A program made the position numbers and the translations under genes. From the human T2T-CHM13v2.0 reference genome, Homo sapiens, in assembly GCF_009914755.1 (NCBI RefSeq), contig NC_060925.1: a stretch of DNA of 64,000 bases; one strand, written 5' to 3'. Of the stretch, positions 41,017 through 55,550 are shown piece after piece. The notes under the pieces were generated by a model that made no database searches, was not told the origin of the DNA, and saw only the letters and a list, made by a program, of their open reading frames with translations. The stretch's first letter is position 1, and each line of letters opens with the position of its first letter.

Positions 41017-42949
41017 TAGCCAGTCTAGAGCCTGTGATCCTAACTGTCTGACATCGGACAATGAAGAATGTGTTGACCTGGCAGGAAATACCAAAAAGTA
41101 CAACTGAGGGAGATCCTAAACTTGCTTTATACAGATATCCTGGATCCTACCCCTGATTCATTCATTAATTCATTAATCCATTTACTCATTCATTTAATTC
41201 TTTCAACATGTATTTATTACATTTTTGCATTATTTATATCAATTTTGGGGAATACAGAGAAAGTTAATGGCTTCTACCCTTTGACATCTCACAGTCCAGT
41301 GGGGAGACGTAAGAAAACAGACATTTATCCTACTGTGTGCTGAATGATAAGACAGAGGAAAATCAGTGAGCTTTGGGAACATGGAAGAGATTATAAACAC
41401 ATAATAAAGAGAGTTTAAAAGGGCACCACAGTGATTTGCTTTGGACCTGCATTCCACACCTGTCACTCTATCTGTCTGACCTCTGCTCTCTCTATGCTCC
41501 TGGCTTCTAGCCCTTCTCTTACTTTGGTACCATCCTTAGCCTCTCAACTCCTGGCTTCAGATTCGATGTCTTTGCTTGTCTTTTTCCTCTGGAAGTTGGT
41601 TTGGAATGGATTCTGGCTTGGCTAGAGGGTTTCTGTATCGTAAACAGTCTAAGGCCAGCTCCAAAGTCTAGGCCAGAATATCTAGGCCCCACTACCAAAA
41701 TGGCTCTCGCTTAGAAGAATTGGAGATCCAAAAGCAGGGAACTTGAAAGAGCATGGAGGGATAGTTGGATGGATAGATTCCTTGCCTCTTAGCTTCGATT
41801 ATTCACCTGCCTAAACCCAGAGCAGTTGGCCTAGTGACTAACCAACATCCCTTGCAGCTCAATCATTATTCATTATGTTAATATTATCACACATTTTGAT
41901 TCTTTGCTGTCGATTTGGTTTCTGATCTGCTGGCCAAAGGATCATCATGGGAAGGAATTACTATTGAAGCAGGCAGTGCAAATTTCAAAAGTGTTCAGAC
42001 CCTGCGGCCTTTCATGATATTTCACTTTCTTGAGTTGCAGTCTCCCATTGGCCTGCTCCTTCCGAAGCAGATTTTGTCCCTTGTAGCCATAAGTGAAGCA
42101 TATCCTGGCTAAATGTTTCTGTGGACTGAAGGTAGCTATTGAATTGGGCAGTTAAGAGAATATTGCAGATTCTTGTCGGTAAATGACACAAAAGATGATG
42201 GACTCTAAGCTAGCTATGGAAGTAATTAGAGCCAGACAGGGCACATGAATTGAAAGAAAATGAAGTGATGGAGATTCTGGAAGTTGCTTTAAAGTGGAGA
42301 AGGACATTTGCTAAGAATGATAGAGTACATGAGAGAATTGGACTGAAGGGCAATGGAATTCAGAAAGTGGCTGTTGGTATATTGTAATATTCATAAGTAT
42401 AGCAGTCTCAAGGGGGGCTGTGGGAGTATTGAAGTGAAATGGAGATGAAGGTCCCGGAGGTGGAAACATTTTGAAACCGTCTAACAGTGGAACATTGGAT
42501 GGGTCTTATGAGCAGATGCTGAAGTTGTCCAGGACAATGATAAACCTCCAGGTAGATAGGGAGGCTTGTGATCTAGGAGCCTTAGCCTCATTTAACATAG
42601 GGACAGAAACAAGAGGCTGACAGTGACAGCAGTGAGATGCAGGGGAGACATGTGTCATTGTATCTCCATCATTAGGTGGCATAAACCTCAGAGGAACAGG
42701 CTTTTTTGCCTGCAACTGCAGGAATACTTGTCTGGAAATGATAATGAGGAGGCCTGAGAATAATGACTGTTATCACCTTCCCCAACCCACCTGAAACATA
42801 CACACATGGCAACACTTACCTTTCAATAAAGTTTCTGGGAAAATAAAGTTTATTTCAGTTGATAGGTACATAGTAATAATAACAATATCTGCACTTTTAA
42901 GCATTTAGTCCATCCAATAGGCCTATAAAATAGGTATTAAAACTTCCCT

Positions 42950-43243
42950 TTTTTTGAGACAGCATCTTACTGTGTCGCCCAGGCTGGAGAGCAGTGGCAC
43001 AATCGAGGTTCACTTCAGCCTCAACCTCCCAGACTCAAGGGATCCTCCTATCTCAGTCAGCCTTCTGAGTAGCTGGGCCTACAAACACGTACCATCACAC
43101 CTGGCTAATTTTTATTTTATGTTTTTGTTGAGATAGGGTTTCCCTATCTTGCCCAGGCTGGTTTCAAACTCGTTTCAAGCGATCCTCCCACCTCAGCCTC
43201 CCAAAGTGCTGGGATTACAGGTGTGAATCACTGCATCCAGCCT
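42950..43243 (-). mobile_element. AluJ
   Basis: Diverged dimeric Alu. Confidence 0.9.
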
Positions 43244-45124
43244 AAAATTTCCATTTTTAAAATGAGGAAATTGAGACTCAGGATGTTCATGGCAGAACTA
43301 GGGTTTGGATTATGATCTAAATATCACTGAAGTCTTTGTTTCACAGCAAATGTTTAAAAGTATAGGTTCCAAAGCCATATGTTTTCTTGTCTTTGAACTG
43401 GGAATACAAACTAGGTAACGTATTTAATAATATAGTGCTAGGCCATAGTAAGTACTCAACAAATATCAGTTGCCATTATAATTATTGTTATTGAGTTACT
43501 ATTATTTAATTACAGCTCACGGCAGTACTATATACCTTCTCAGCCTCACATATCAGCAAGATCATATTTTTTTCCAGTCAACAATAGATTATTAGATGAG
43601 TGACAGCTTGCAGTTTTGGAACCTATCATCTGTCTGATGCTTTTAGCAAGAAGCTTCCTATTTTTACTTTGAGAAATCCATAAGAAGTAAGTCAAACTCA
43701 TGTAGATGGGATGAATACTTGCTCCCTATTCATGTTTGGATCCAACTCTTTTGCAGCCAGGCCATATATTAGGACCCCATCTCAGAGTATCACAACAGAG
43801 GTTGATGGCCTTACCTAGTATAAAACCACTCCCCTGTGCCGTATTTGCCCATGACTGAATCGGAATGAAACTTTCCCTTGCTAGGAAAACACTGTGGGTA
43901 TATTCTCTGTCGGAGTGTGCTGAGCAAAACCCTAATAGAATGTACCGTGAGGAATAAGGAGTAACTTGTCAACTGAGAGTTAATCAGAAAACCACATGTG
44001 CACAAAACCAACAGATTGCAGAGCTGGCAAAGACTTCAGAGATAATTTACTCCAACCCCCTCATTCTACTGATAAAGAAAGTGAGTCCCAGGGAGGGGAA
44101 GGGTCTTGCTCAGGGTCATACAGCTGGCAGTAATTTTGTTTGTTTCAATAATTAATATGAACAGTCATTCTATACATCAGTGAATCCACCTTCCTGCCTT
44201 TGTAAGCACAATATAATGACCATAATTGAATTTGTCTTTGACAGTGAAGAAAGCAGGCTTTTAGGGCTTTACAGGGCCCCAAAGTCATCAGAAGAAGATA
44301 AATTGTCATGAACTAAAGCTGGAGATCTGCCTGTTGACTGTGAGCTTCTTAAGGAATGGGCCTGGTCTTATTCATGAGCTAAAGCAAGTTTCAAATCCTG
44401 GCTTAGCCCTTTACTAGCTTAAGCAAGTACTTAACCTCTCTGAGCCTTTATTTCCTCATTGTAAATTTAAATAATAAGACCTTCCTCAGAGACTGTTAGT
44501 GAGGATCAAGGGAGGCAAGATCTGTATACCAGTACCTTGCGTAAAATAGGCATTCAATAAACTTGCACTTTCACCTTACATTTAACAAATGTCCTGCTAA
44601 AAGCTAGGGATACTTCAAAGAAAGGAAAGCCAACGACTCCACTTTCATGGAGCTTAGATTCAGGAGGGAGGAGAGCAGAGGTGAGGACCACAGAGAAGCA
44701 GGCAGACAATAAACAATTAAAAATATAATTTCAGATGATGATGTGCTATCAAGGGTTATGAGGAAAAGAAAATGAGATGATGTCATAGATGTTTAGGAGA
44801 GTGCACTGCTTCTGCTAAGAGTGGCCAAGGGCAGTCTTTTCAATATTATGTTTGAAGAGAACCTAAATCATATGGAAAAAGCCAGACAGTCAAAGATCCT
44901 GGAGAAGACCATTCCTGAGAGATTCAGAAAGGCCTTAGGCAGGAGGAAGGTTGGCATGTTCAGCCAGCAGCAAGATGGCCAGTGTGTTCCCAGCATGGCC
45001 AGCCCAGTAAGCAGGGCATGAGATGAGGCTGGAGACATCTGCATAAACTCCATCCTGAAGTTCTAGTCCACCCTATGACATTTGAGTTTTATTCAAAAAG
45101 CGATGGAACACTGTTGCAAGGACG

Positions 45125-46000
45125 TGTTAAAAAATAAATATTGGTCTTTGTCCCTAGTTCCTGGCACACAGCTTCTAAAATTCTTGGAATCCCTGCTAAA
45201 AGCTAGGGATACTTCAAAGAAAGGAAAGCCAAGGACTTCACTTTTATGGAGCTTAGATTAAGCTCCATGTGTATGGTAATGAGATGACTGATGGCTGAGA
45301 ACCCCTCCGTAGCATCAGGATGGGGGCTGGTCACCAGAAAGACCAAGGCATGATTAGAGGGTTGAACTTTCAGCCCCTCCCCTGACCTTCCAGAATGAGA
45401 AAGGGGCTAGAGATTGAGTCAATCACCGATGGCCAATGATTTACTCAATTATACCTAAGTAATGAAACCTTCATAAAAACCCCTAAATGATGGGGTTTAG
45501 ACAGCTTCTGGATTGGTGAACACAGGGAGGTATTGAGAGGATGGCATGCCTGGAGGAGGCATGGAAGCTCACTGCACCACTGCACCTCCCTCCCCTCATA
45601 CCTTGCTCTATGTATCTCTTCCATTTGGCTGTTCCTGAATTTTATCCTTTATAATAAACTGGTAATAGTAAGTCAACCGTTGTCTTGAACTCCATAAGCC
45701 GATTCTAGCAAATTATCAAGCCTTGGGGGGTGGAGTTTGTGGAAACCTCCAATTTGCGGTCAGTTGGTCAGAAATACAGGAGACCCAGGACTTGTGATTG
45801 GCATCTGAAGTGTGGGCAGTCTTGCTGGACTGAGCCCTGAAGCTGTGGGGTCTGACACTAACTAACTGGGGTCAGTGTCAGAATTGAATCAAATTTAATT
45901 ATAAGTCATGCAATTGGTGGCAGGAGAGTTGGAGAATTGGTGAGTGTGAGGAAAAAACCCATACATTTGGTGTCAGGAGTGTTGTAGGTAAAAACAGCCC
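45125..46000. mobile_element. MER21-family LTR
   Basis: gggctggtcaccagaaagaccaaggcatgattagagggttgaactttcagccc; ttggcatctgaagtg...gtgtcagaattgaat. Confidence 0.85.
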
Positions 46001-47806
46001 AGAGAGGTAAAATCATTCATTGATTCATTTAACAAATCCTTATAGATTAACTATTCTGGCCAGGCACAGTTCTTGGTGTGGTGCATGAATCCAATACACA
46101 CCCCTGGCCACATGGAGCTTGCATGCTAAAGGGATAATAAATATCTAAAGTTTATGTAGCATTTACTATATGCTGGCATTGTTGTGTTTTACCTCAAATA
46201 ACTCACGTGCTTCTCATAGCAGTCCTATGAAAGGCATATTTTTATCCCCATTTTCCGATGAGGCAACAGGCATGAAGAAATTAAGTAATTATTCCGTGAT
46301 TATACAGCTAGTAAATGTAAAAATCCAGTTTCAAATTCTGGCAGTCTGTTATAGTCAGTCTGTATTTTAATCACTGCCCTTTATTTTCTCTGCTTCTGAA
46401 AAATCACCTAGACTGGTCCTGACTGCTATAAGGGGAACCAAAGTGGAAGTCAAGAGACCAGTTAGGCAGTAGTGGTCAGAGAATGGGATACTGGAATTTT
46501 CAACAACACTGAGTAGATATTATTATTCCCACTTAATAAATGGGAAAACTGAGCTTTGATTCACACATCTGATAAGTAGCAGAGCCTGGATCCAACCCCA
46601 AGCCCATTTATCTCTAAAACCCAGTATCTTTCTGCTAATGCCTCCATTTCCTACAGAATTATAAAGCTTCCACTCCTCCCCTCCTTTATGACCAAGAGAC
46701 CAATTTGAGGTATGTTTTAGAGTCAAAATTAGAGGACTGGGCGTCTAAAAATTTTTTTTTCTCTTGGTAGGCATTTTTATAATTGAAAATAAAATAAAAT
46801 ATAAATATACTGACATGCAGTTCTGTTTTCTCATTTTCTTTTGCAAACTTTAAATTGAGATATAGTACACATAAGGTGAAATACAAAGATATTAATGTAC
46901 AGCTTGATGAATTTTGATGAAGTATACACCCATATAGTCAACACTCTAAAGATATGTAAATGTGTGCACATAGTGTACTTAAAATTATAAATGAGGTGCC
47001 AGTTTTCATATCATGAGTAATGATAAAGACCTCTCCCACTCTCTTTTTCTCTCATCCCTTCCTGCTTCTCAATTGATATTTTTGTCTCCAATTCATGGGG
47101 GTTACACAGAATACCAGGTGCAGGTCAAAAGATGACTGTGTCAAAAGGAAAAGAAAGCAAAATAAATAAGAGAACAACTAGCCATTTCTTAATGCGTGTT
47201 GAAGGAAAGTCACATTGATATATTTTCTGTTTTTCTATGGAGGGGTCACGTGCCTCAGCCCACACATTAGCATGTGAACTTGTTGTTCCAGTCAAATGAG
47301 TCAGAGTTCCTCAGGAAGGCAGATTCCTGTATTTTAGAGCTATGTGTCAGCATCTGTAAAAAAAAAAAAGGTACAGTGTCCTGTATTGATGCATCTCACT
47401 GATACACACGTGCTCGTCTCACTCCAGGTAATCACACCTGCTAATAAGCAGCAGAAGTAGGATTTGAACTCCAGCCTAGGGCACTCAAGAATCAGGCTGT
47501 TTTCATGACAGGGAGAATGGTACCACTGAGTCCGAATGTAGGGTTTGCAATGGCCTGGAGTCAGAAGTGGGCTTGAATTCTGGTTTTACTACATAATGGC
47601 TTTATGACCTTGGGAAAATTACTTATATTCTCTCTATTTTCAGTTCCTTTATTCACAAAGTGGTGATAGATGATCTGTGTCCTAATGTCCTTTTGAGGGT
47701 TAAAAAGATCATGTACTTAAAATAATCAGCACAGCACAGAGTACAAAGCTTAAACCAGTAAAATGGCAATGGCAGTGGTAGTCGGCCCCTAAGTCAACAG
47801 ACACCA

Positions 47807-48690
47807 CAGTGTTTTTTAACCATATACCCCCATCAGTTAAAATAAATTTTGAGTATGCATCCTCAGTACATGAAAACCTATTTATGAAAAAGCATGATGT
47901 GCTATACTGTGTTCATAGATTATTTACTCTATAAAACAAGTGAAATATAGCTGAACCAAAGTATTTCCAATGTGTTTACCTGTCATGATGGCTTCATGCT
48001 AATATTAGCAACATGTAAAAGTATACTATATGTCTATGGCCAGGTGTGTTTTTAATAATTTTAAAATGATTTTTGATGATTTTTAAATGATTTTGTATGT
48101 GCCTATGTATCGAAATCTAAGGCAATCTTCTTGATAATTTTGATTATTTTCCCAATCCTTGTCTTATTTGACTAGGTCTTCATTGTTTTTACCTTACAAT
48201 ATGAGGAGCTAGTACTGAGTAAATACATCACCATTTTCTTGTTTACTTGAATCTGAATGGTGAACTGGTGATAATTATCTCCATCACGTGCAAATCCATT
48301 GACTGAATCTTTTTTAGCTGCTTGTCCATTTTGTGAGGGTTAGTTTAAACTAGTTAATACCTATTAATCACTAACCTGGAACATGCAAACGACAACATGT
48401 AGCAATTCTGGAAGCTGAGGACATATAAGGGAGTGCCATAGGGCCATCCCTGGAGTTGGAGAGCTCCCACTCTCCTCACAAGAACCTCACACATCTTATG
48501 TGACTCATGACTGACTGATGTGTGGCCAAACTGATAAATTGTCTAGTAACAATCCATATATTAAATGCTGGTAAAGTGTAATTAATTTCTTAAGACCAAA
48601 AAAAGTCATATAAATGGCACTTCCAGTATTTTCTTCTGGAATCTTAATGAGAATTCCCTGGAGTTTATGGATGCCACTTAAGAAACACTG
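47807..48690. mobile_element. Probable hAT-Charlie-type DNA transposon remnant
   Basis: Inverted termini CAGTGTTTTTTAA ... TTAAGAAACACTG. Confidence 0.5.
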
Positions 48691-49914
48691 CCATCACTTT
48701 TTCCTTTGGCAACTCTGCAAACACTAACCAAGCACCTGTAAGTGCTAGGACTGTGCTAGACATTAGGCCTACAGTGATGTGATTTCTGCCTTCTGGGAGT
48801 TCATATATAGCTTGTTTCCAGCACACTAAGTTCTGCTATATTCTCCCCTATAGATGGTGACTCTGGAATTGCCCAGCTTGCAGTGCCCTGTAGTACCTTG
48901 GGCTAGACTACTGACAGTCTTCCCCAAAAGGCTTAAGCCCATTATTCCCCTTCCTCAGGGTAGGGGAGAAGGTACTAGATCTTCTGCTCCCAAAATTGCC
49001 AACATCAGTAAGTCTACCACTCATGGAATCCACATCTTTTCCAAGGGTACTGAAGAACCCATGGCTTCCTTTAACCTCATTTCCCTGGTAACTCACTCCA
49101 ACATGGCCTACAGCCCTTTGGTAGCTCCCAGGCCAGGTCATTACAGTGAGAATTGGGTGTTTCCCCTGGCCACATGCAGGCCTGGCTGTTGCCAGTGCTG
49201 CCACAAGAGAAGTGGTGAGCAGTGTGTGCTGATTAGTATCTCAGCCTCGACACACCAGGGAAGGGTCAAACCCATGAATGCAGTCTTTCATGGCCGTGGT
49301 ACAGGGCCCCTATTTTTTCCTCCAGAAACCCTTCACTTGCTTTCAGAAGTGATGATCAAATGTGAACTTTCATGGTTTATTTATAGCTCTGCCTTATAGA
49401 GAGAAAGAAAAGAAGTGATTAAAATGCTATTTTACAAAATATTTTGTTTTTAAAAAGCTTTCATTGTGTGGGCAAAAGGAAAAAGAAAAGTCACTGTATT
49501 CATTGTGCTGTCTAGACTCTCAAACAAAGAGGGTAGCGTGCTGCAAATTAAGATTGTCCGGCTCCTGCCTGCTGACAAAAAGTATGAATTTGGAGGCCAA
49601 CTTCAAATAAACCCTTTGGAACAGAAATATATTGTGGGGGTGACTATATTTAGCATGTGTCAGCATTTCCATACTAAATTCATATTGTTATGTTGTGGTA
49701 ATTTCAGATTTCCTGCAGCCAAGTGGGATCATGAGATTTCAGTTTTATGTTAATTATTTGGAGAAATTGAAAAACTCAGCAGTGCTGTTTCTGATGACAG
49801 CACTGATTCTCAGGGTATTCTCCACGTTGTGTCAGGGACCCATAATGAGCCCTGCCTTTCAGGAAAGGGGAAGGTGAGCCCGAGTCATTTTGACTGTCTT
49901 TATAAGCATAACTT

Positions 49915-49917
<3 letters not shown>

Positions 49918-49959
<42 letters not shown>
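49918..49959. repeat. (TA)n microsatellite (~21 units)
   Basis: Read directly. Confidence 0.95.
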
Positions 49960-49964
<5 letters not shown>

Positions 49965-50807
49965 TACATGTTTTCCCTACAAATACAAAATTAATATATG
50001 CCACTGTAGAAAATTTAGAAAACACAATAAGCAACTTGACAAGAAAAAAAAATTGTTACCCATGCTATCCAACCTGTTAACATTTTAATATATATTGATC
50101 CGATCTTTATTATGCATATATAACTTGTTTTTATATGCATATCTTGTTTTTAACTTGTTTTTAACAAGTTATATGGAGCAAACAAAAAATTATGTAGCAC
50201 AAACATGATTATTGAGATAGAATACAAAATTATAACTTTATTTTCTATTCTCATTATCCCTTTGCATTTGTGCAGTAGAGCTAGTTTTTCCCTGCTCTGG
50301 TTAAAAATCCTGGTGGTTCCATTACTTTTTTAGATAAATATAAAGTCACTTAGATAATATAACCTTTATGGTCCTTTAAGTTGTGAGATGTAGCCAAAAT
50401 TCAGAAATTCAAATATCAAAGAATATGTAAAGGTAAAGGTAAGATGTTTTCCAGTTCTTCCAGCTGGAGTCTGCCAGAAACGAGACATAGCCCTAATCAG
50501 ATTCTTCTTTCTTCCTCATTCACTTTCTCTCCAACATATTAGCTTTTTTCTTGTTCCTCTGAAATGGTTAGAAAGTATAAGGGAAGAAAAGTTAGTGGTG
50601 TAGGAAAGTTCTTATCTGATCAGTACTGTCGTAATGGGCTTCATGCTCTCTTAGCCTTATAGGTGTTTACAGCTAGCTCTGATTCTCATAAGGCACATCA
50701 TAGATTTTTGGGGAGACCCCCTGCCTCTGAAAACCTCTCGCCTGAAATATTGTTGTCTTGGTTAACACCTGTCTATTCTCATAGATTGCTCACTACTCTT
50801 CTCTTAA

Positions 50808-51467
<660 letters not shown>

Positions 51468-54376
51468 TGAAGGGAGAGGATCTCTTCATACTTCACCCTG
51501 GAAGGAGGCCTGATGTGCAGTAAACCAACAGCTCTTTCCTAAAAATCCATCTCTGTCTGACCTTCCACATCAATGAAAGGTTTAAGAGTTGATTAATGGG
51601 TCCTCAGGCACCCTTCTTGCACATTCTTCAGGGTGGTCTGTTTCCAGTTCACTTTGGTATCTTATATCTGTCATCTTTAGATCTCAGCCAAAACTTCCAT
51701 TTTAACATTCCGTCACGTGTATTATCCTTAAGTTCATTCATTCCGTAGACATTCCCTGAGTGCATACGATATGCCAGATGCCGAGTTTGGCAGTGAAAAT
51801 AATTATAACAATTCCTGCTTTAAGGCGCTCACAGTCTAGTTGGGGAGGCTGATCTGTTAACAAAAAAATATGGTGCCATGTCATAAACGCTATGATAGAC
51901 GGAAGCAGAAGTTGCTGTTGGAGCACATAACTCAATATAGGTGGGAGGCAGGCAGCGGGGATGAGTCAGAAAAAAATCTCAGTAGAGCTGATACCTGAGC
52001 TAAGTTTAACATTTAAATCTGTACTTTCTGAGAAACAGCATAACCTCTTTTTAAACCATTGAAATCTCTCTTGCTGATGTTTGCTTCTCAATTTATTTTT
52101 AAAACAAGCAAAGGTAATGTGGAGAAAGGAGGGAAGAATTCCCTGATGTCTGCCGTTTATGTGCACATCTGTTGCAGTGGGAAGGAAAATAACATTTATG
52201 GAGTACCTTCTATAATAGAAGTTTCCTGGATCCCACCCATGAGGGCGATCCTGGAATGTTGTCTCAAGTGTGGGGCCAAAGCACAGCCAGGAGGAGCATT
52301 CCCTGAGGGCAGTTTGAAGATTCAGAGCTGGCAATAGAAGGCAAGGTCCTCCCTAAAGCACAGCAGAGCACAACTCAAGGAAGAGACGAAAAGGACAAAA
52401 TAAGAATGAGTGGCACGGTTGATGATGGGGATTGCTGAGACCATCTCAACAATACCCCGGCTTGCTCTAAGGGAATCAGGACTTCGTCTTTGAAGGAAAC
52501 TGTTCTGGGGTAAGCAGAGCTCTTAACATACCTCTGCTAAGTGGAATGGCAGCATGTTCACTAAGATGTGTTTGACCGTTTGGCCCTCCACAAAATGACT
52601 CCAGACAGCCCTTTTAGTCTTCCTCTTTCTCCATGGTTTCTTTGTCAATAATTTTTCTTCATTAAAAAAAATCTCCTCCCTACTTAAGGCTGCCATTTCT
52701 TTCTGTTGTCATTGTGCTGGCTACTCTTAGCATCTCTGATCTCCCAATCAGCACATTCACATCCATTGAGAGCTGGGAAGCTAGATGTCTAGTTCAGAAT
52801 GCACATGCTATCCTTGTGGAAGAGTCCATAGAGCAACCTAGCAGGAGTGGAAATTCGTGTAAGCTAGCAGATGAAAGAACCATCAGGTTACCTAACCCTT
52901 GAATAACTACTGAAAGAAGTTTATCCGCTTCTAGCGTAGTATTTATCACACTCTATTTTGATCACAGTAAATGTCTTTTCCACTCTATAGTGAGCTCTTT
53001 GATGAAAGGCCCATGCAATCTTCCTCTCTGTATTCCATGTAGATTGAGTGTTATGCTTGGCACGTGAAAGGGAGGCAATATGTTTTATGAATAGTCCAGG
53101 TGTCGAGACTTAGTAGTAAACAGACAAGTCCTTGCCCTGTGTAGCTTACATTCCGGTTAGGGCAAGGAGTGGAGAAGGCAGACAACGAACACATAAACCA
53201 GTAAATATACAAAGTGGCAGAAGGAAATTAGTGGCATGCAAATCAGTCAATCAGTCACAGTAAGGTGGCAAAGATGGTCAGGGGAAACACTTGGAAATGT
53301 TTTGAAGATACCCAGGGGCTCTCATATTCTGTATGGTATTCAGATTTTTTTTTTTTTTTTACATTTTTTCCTCCCTTACTAGTATGTGAGTTTCTCCAGG
53401 ATAAAGAGTATGTCGTATGCAAATCTGTATCCCTAGCAGAGTGTGTGGTACATAGTAAGTGATTAATAAATGTGTAGAATAAGAAGTTGTACACATGTGA
53501 TCCCAGAATGACTGCATCCTTAGCAATAGGAATTCAATAGCCGTTCCTAAGACTGAGCCTATGCTGTAGAGCTTTGTCGTGCTGTTGCTTGCAATCTTCC
53601 CTGGCCAGGTCTGTTGGACTCCAAAGTTTACTTTCTCATGGCCTTAACAGCCTTAGGAGACTGCTTAAAAAAACCTAACCCTTCTGCTCATATGGGAGCC
53701 AAAACAATCCATGGTTAATCTTGATGCTGCACCTACCATACCATGTCTACCCAGATGCTGTAACATGTCATCTGCCTGAGTGCCCCATTGTAAAGAAAAG
53801 AATGTCCTGAAGTCACATTCCAGAACTCAAGTCACTTAGACTCAGCCCGGAGGTCTCAGTATGTACTCACAACTTCAGAGATTGCTGGAAAAAGAGCTGA
53901 AGTTGAATTGGAGAGGTCTTAAATATTTTATCCTCAAGTACAGGTGCGAAGTGAGTTCCATTCCGTGATTGCTATCTTTAGGGAAGTAGACAATGTACTC
54001 AGCGGCTGGTTATGTTCCCTGCTTCTGCCCTGTGTCCAGATAGTGAGGAGGGGAAATAATTCTTCCCACTTACCCCTGGAGGCAGTCACAGAACTGCTTT
54101 GCCTTTTGGGTTGTTTATGCCCCAGAGGCCTCAATACACAAGTATTTATTAAGCCCAGGAGGTGTGGTCATAATTGAAACTTTAAATGTTCACTGTGTTT
54201 TATTCCTATTTTTGTGTTTTATTCTTATTACCAAAGAAAAGTAAGTTGAAAAAAAAGAGGACTAACCAAATATCTTAAAGGGAAGCAAATTCAAATTAGA
54301 ATGTTTTGCCTGTGACAAGCCTCGCTTTGGATTTCGCTTTCCAACTCAGCTGTCTATGTTGTTTTCCATTTAATAG

Positions 54377-54438
54377 GAAGCAATGGCAAAAATGAGCAAA
54401 GTTGGGAAAGTTGTGTTCCCGAGACTACAGGATAAAAA
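54377..54438 (+). CDS. FGGY: FGGY penultimate coding exon (62 nt): EAMAKMSKVGKVVFPRLQDK + AA
   Basis: AG acceptor at 54375-54376 and GTAAGT donor at 54439. The translation matches the recalled human FGGY C-terminal region. Its phase-2 end joins in frame to the next exon (AA+A = Lys). Confidence 0.96.
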
Positions 54439-54829
54439 GTAAGTGTGTATTTTTTATATGTACAGTGCTAAGGAAGTGAGCACATACACACACACATGCA
54501 ACTATAGATCTGGAATAAACTCAGGTGGTCAACTAATCCAGTCCTTTAATTTGTGGTTAAGAAAACTAAGTTCCAGGGAGGTAATGTCACCTTCACTTAC
54601 CTAAGGCTGCAGAACTATGTAGGGCCAGAGCTGGGGGTGAATGTAAGCTTCTGAACTCTCAGACCAATGTTCTTTTTCCCAGGTAATTGGCAGCAAATCT
54701 GCTCTTCTCTGTTCTAAAGTAGGGATCTCTTATATCTCCATCAAAGGACCCAGTAGAATCTGCTCATTCTTTTACTCTTTGTATCACTTGGCATCAAAGG
54801 CTAAAAAATGACATTGGTCAGTATTTTAA

Positions 54830-55550
54830 TCCCAATTCAACAAAATATTAGTTTACTGAATTCCTGCTATATTCAAGGCATTATGCTGGGCTCCAGGCAG
54901 GTGTTACAGGGGAATAAAACACAATTTAATTTAGGCACATAAGATTATTTTAGAACAACGGGATAAGTTCCACAATTGAAGTATTGCCAGGTGACAAAGT
55001 TGCCCAAGGAAGAAAGAGATGGGAGCCTGTAGAGATGAGAGAATGCTTTTGGGAGGAGGTTATGTCCAAGCTAACTTTAAGCTCTTGTAAGAAATTGGTA
55101 GACAGGCCAAGGCAAGAAAGAACATTCATAGTAGAAGGAATAACATGTACAGTTATAAAAGTGGGAGCAGCATAGTACATTCAGGTTACTATAAACAACT
55201 CATAATCCAGAAACACAAAGTATGAGATGGGGAATGGCAGGAAGTGGGACTAGGGAAGGATAGAATTGGGTAGGGGGAGGTCAGCTCATAAATACCTTGG
55301 AGGCCATGCTGAAGACCTCCAACCTCATCCTATAGGCAGAACAGAGATGCTGAATTCTAAGCAGTGGTGAGATCTGGTCAGATGCAGATCAGAAAAATCC
55401 CTCTTAAAGGATCCAGTACAGGGGGCTCAGGGTAGAAATAGAGGGTCCAGATAAAAGGCTTTTTCAAGAATCCAGGCTAGAGATGTAAAAGACCTCTATT
55501 AATTTGCTGGTAGTGATTTTGAAGATGAAGGGGCTGTTGTGGAAGTGCTT
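54830..55550. mobile_element. L2 LINE fragment
   Basis: Degenerate L2 motifs (tttactgaattcctgctatattcaaggcattatgctggg; ggaggccatgctgaag). Confidence 0.55.

Noticed and set aside
48854-49399. 181-aa ATG ORF
   Set aside because: No recognisable domain, promoter or splice context; consistent with a chance ORF in intronic DNA.
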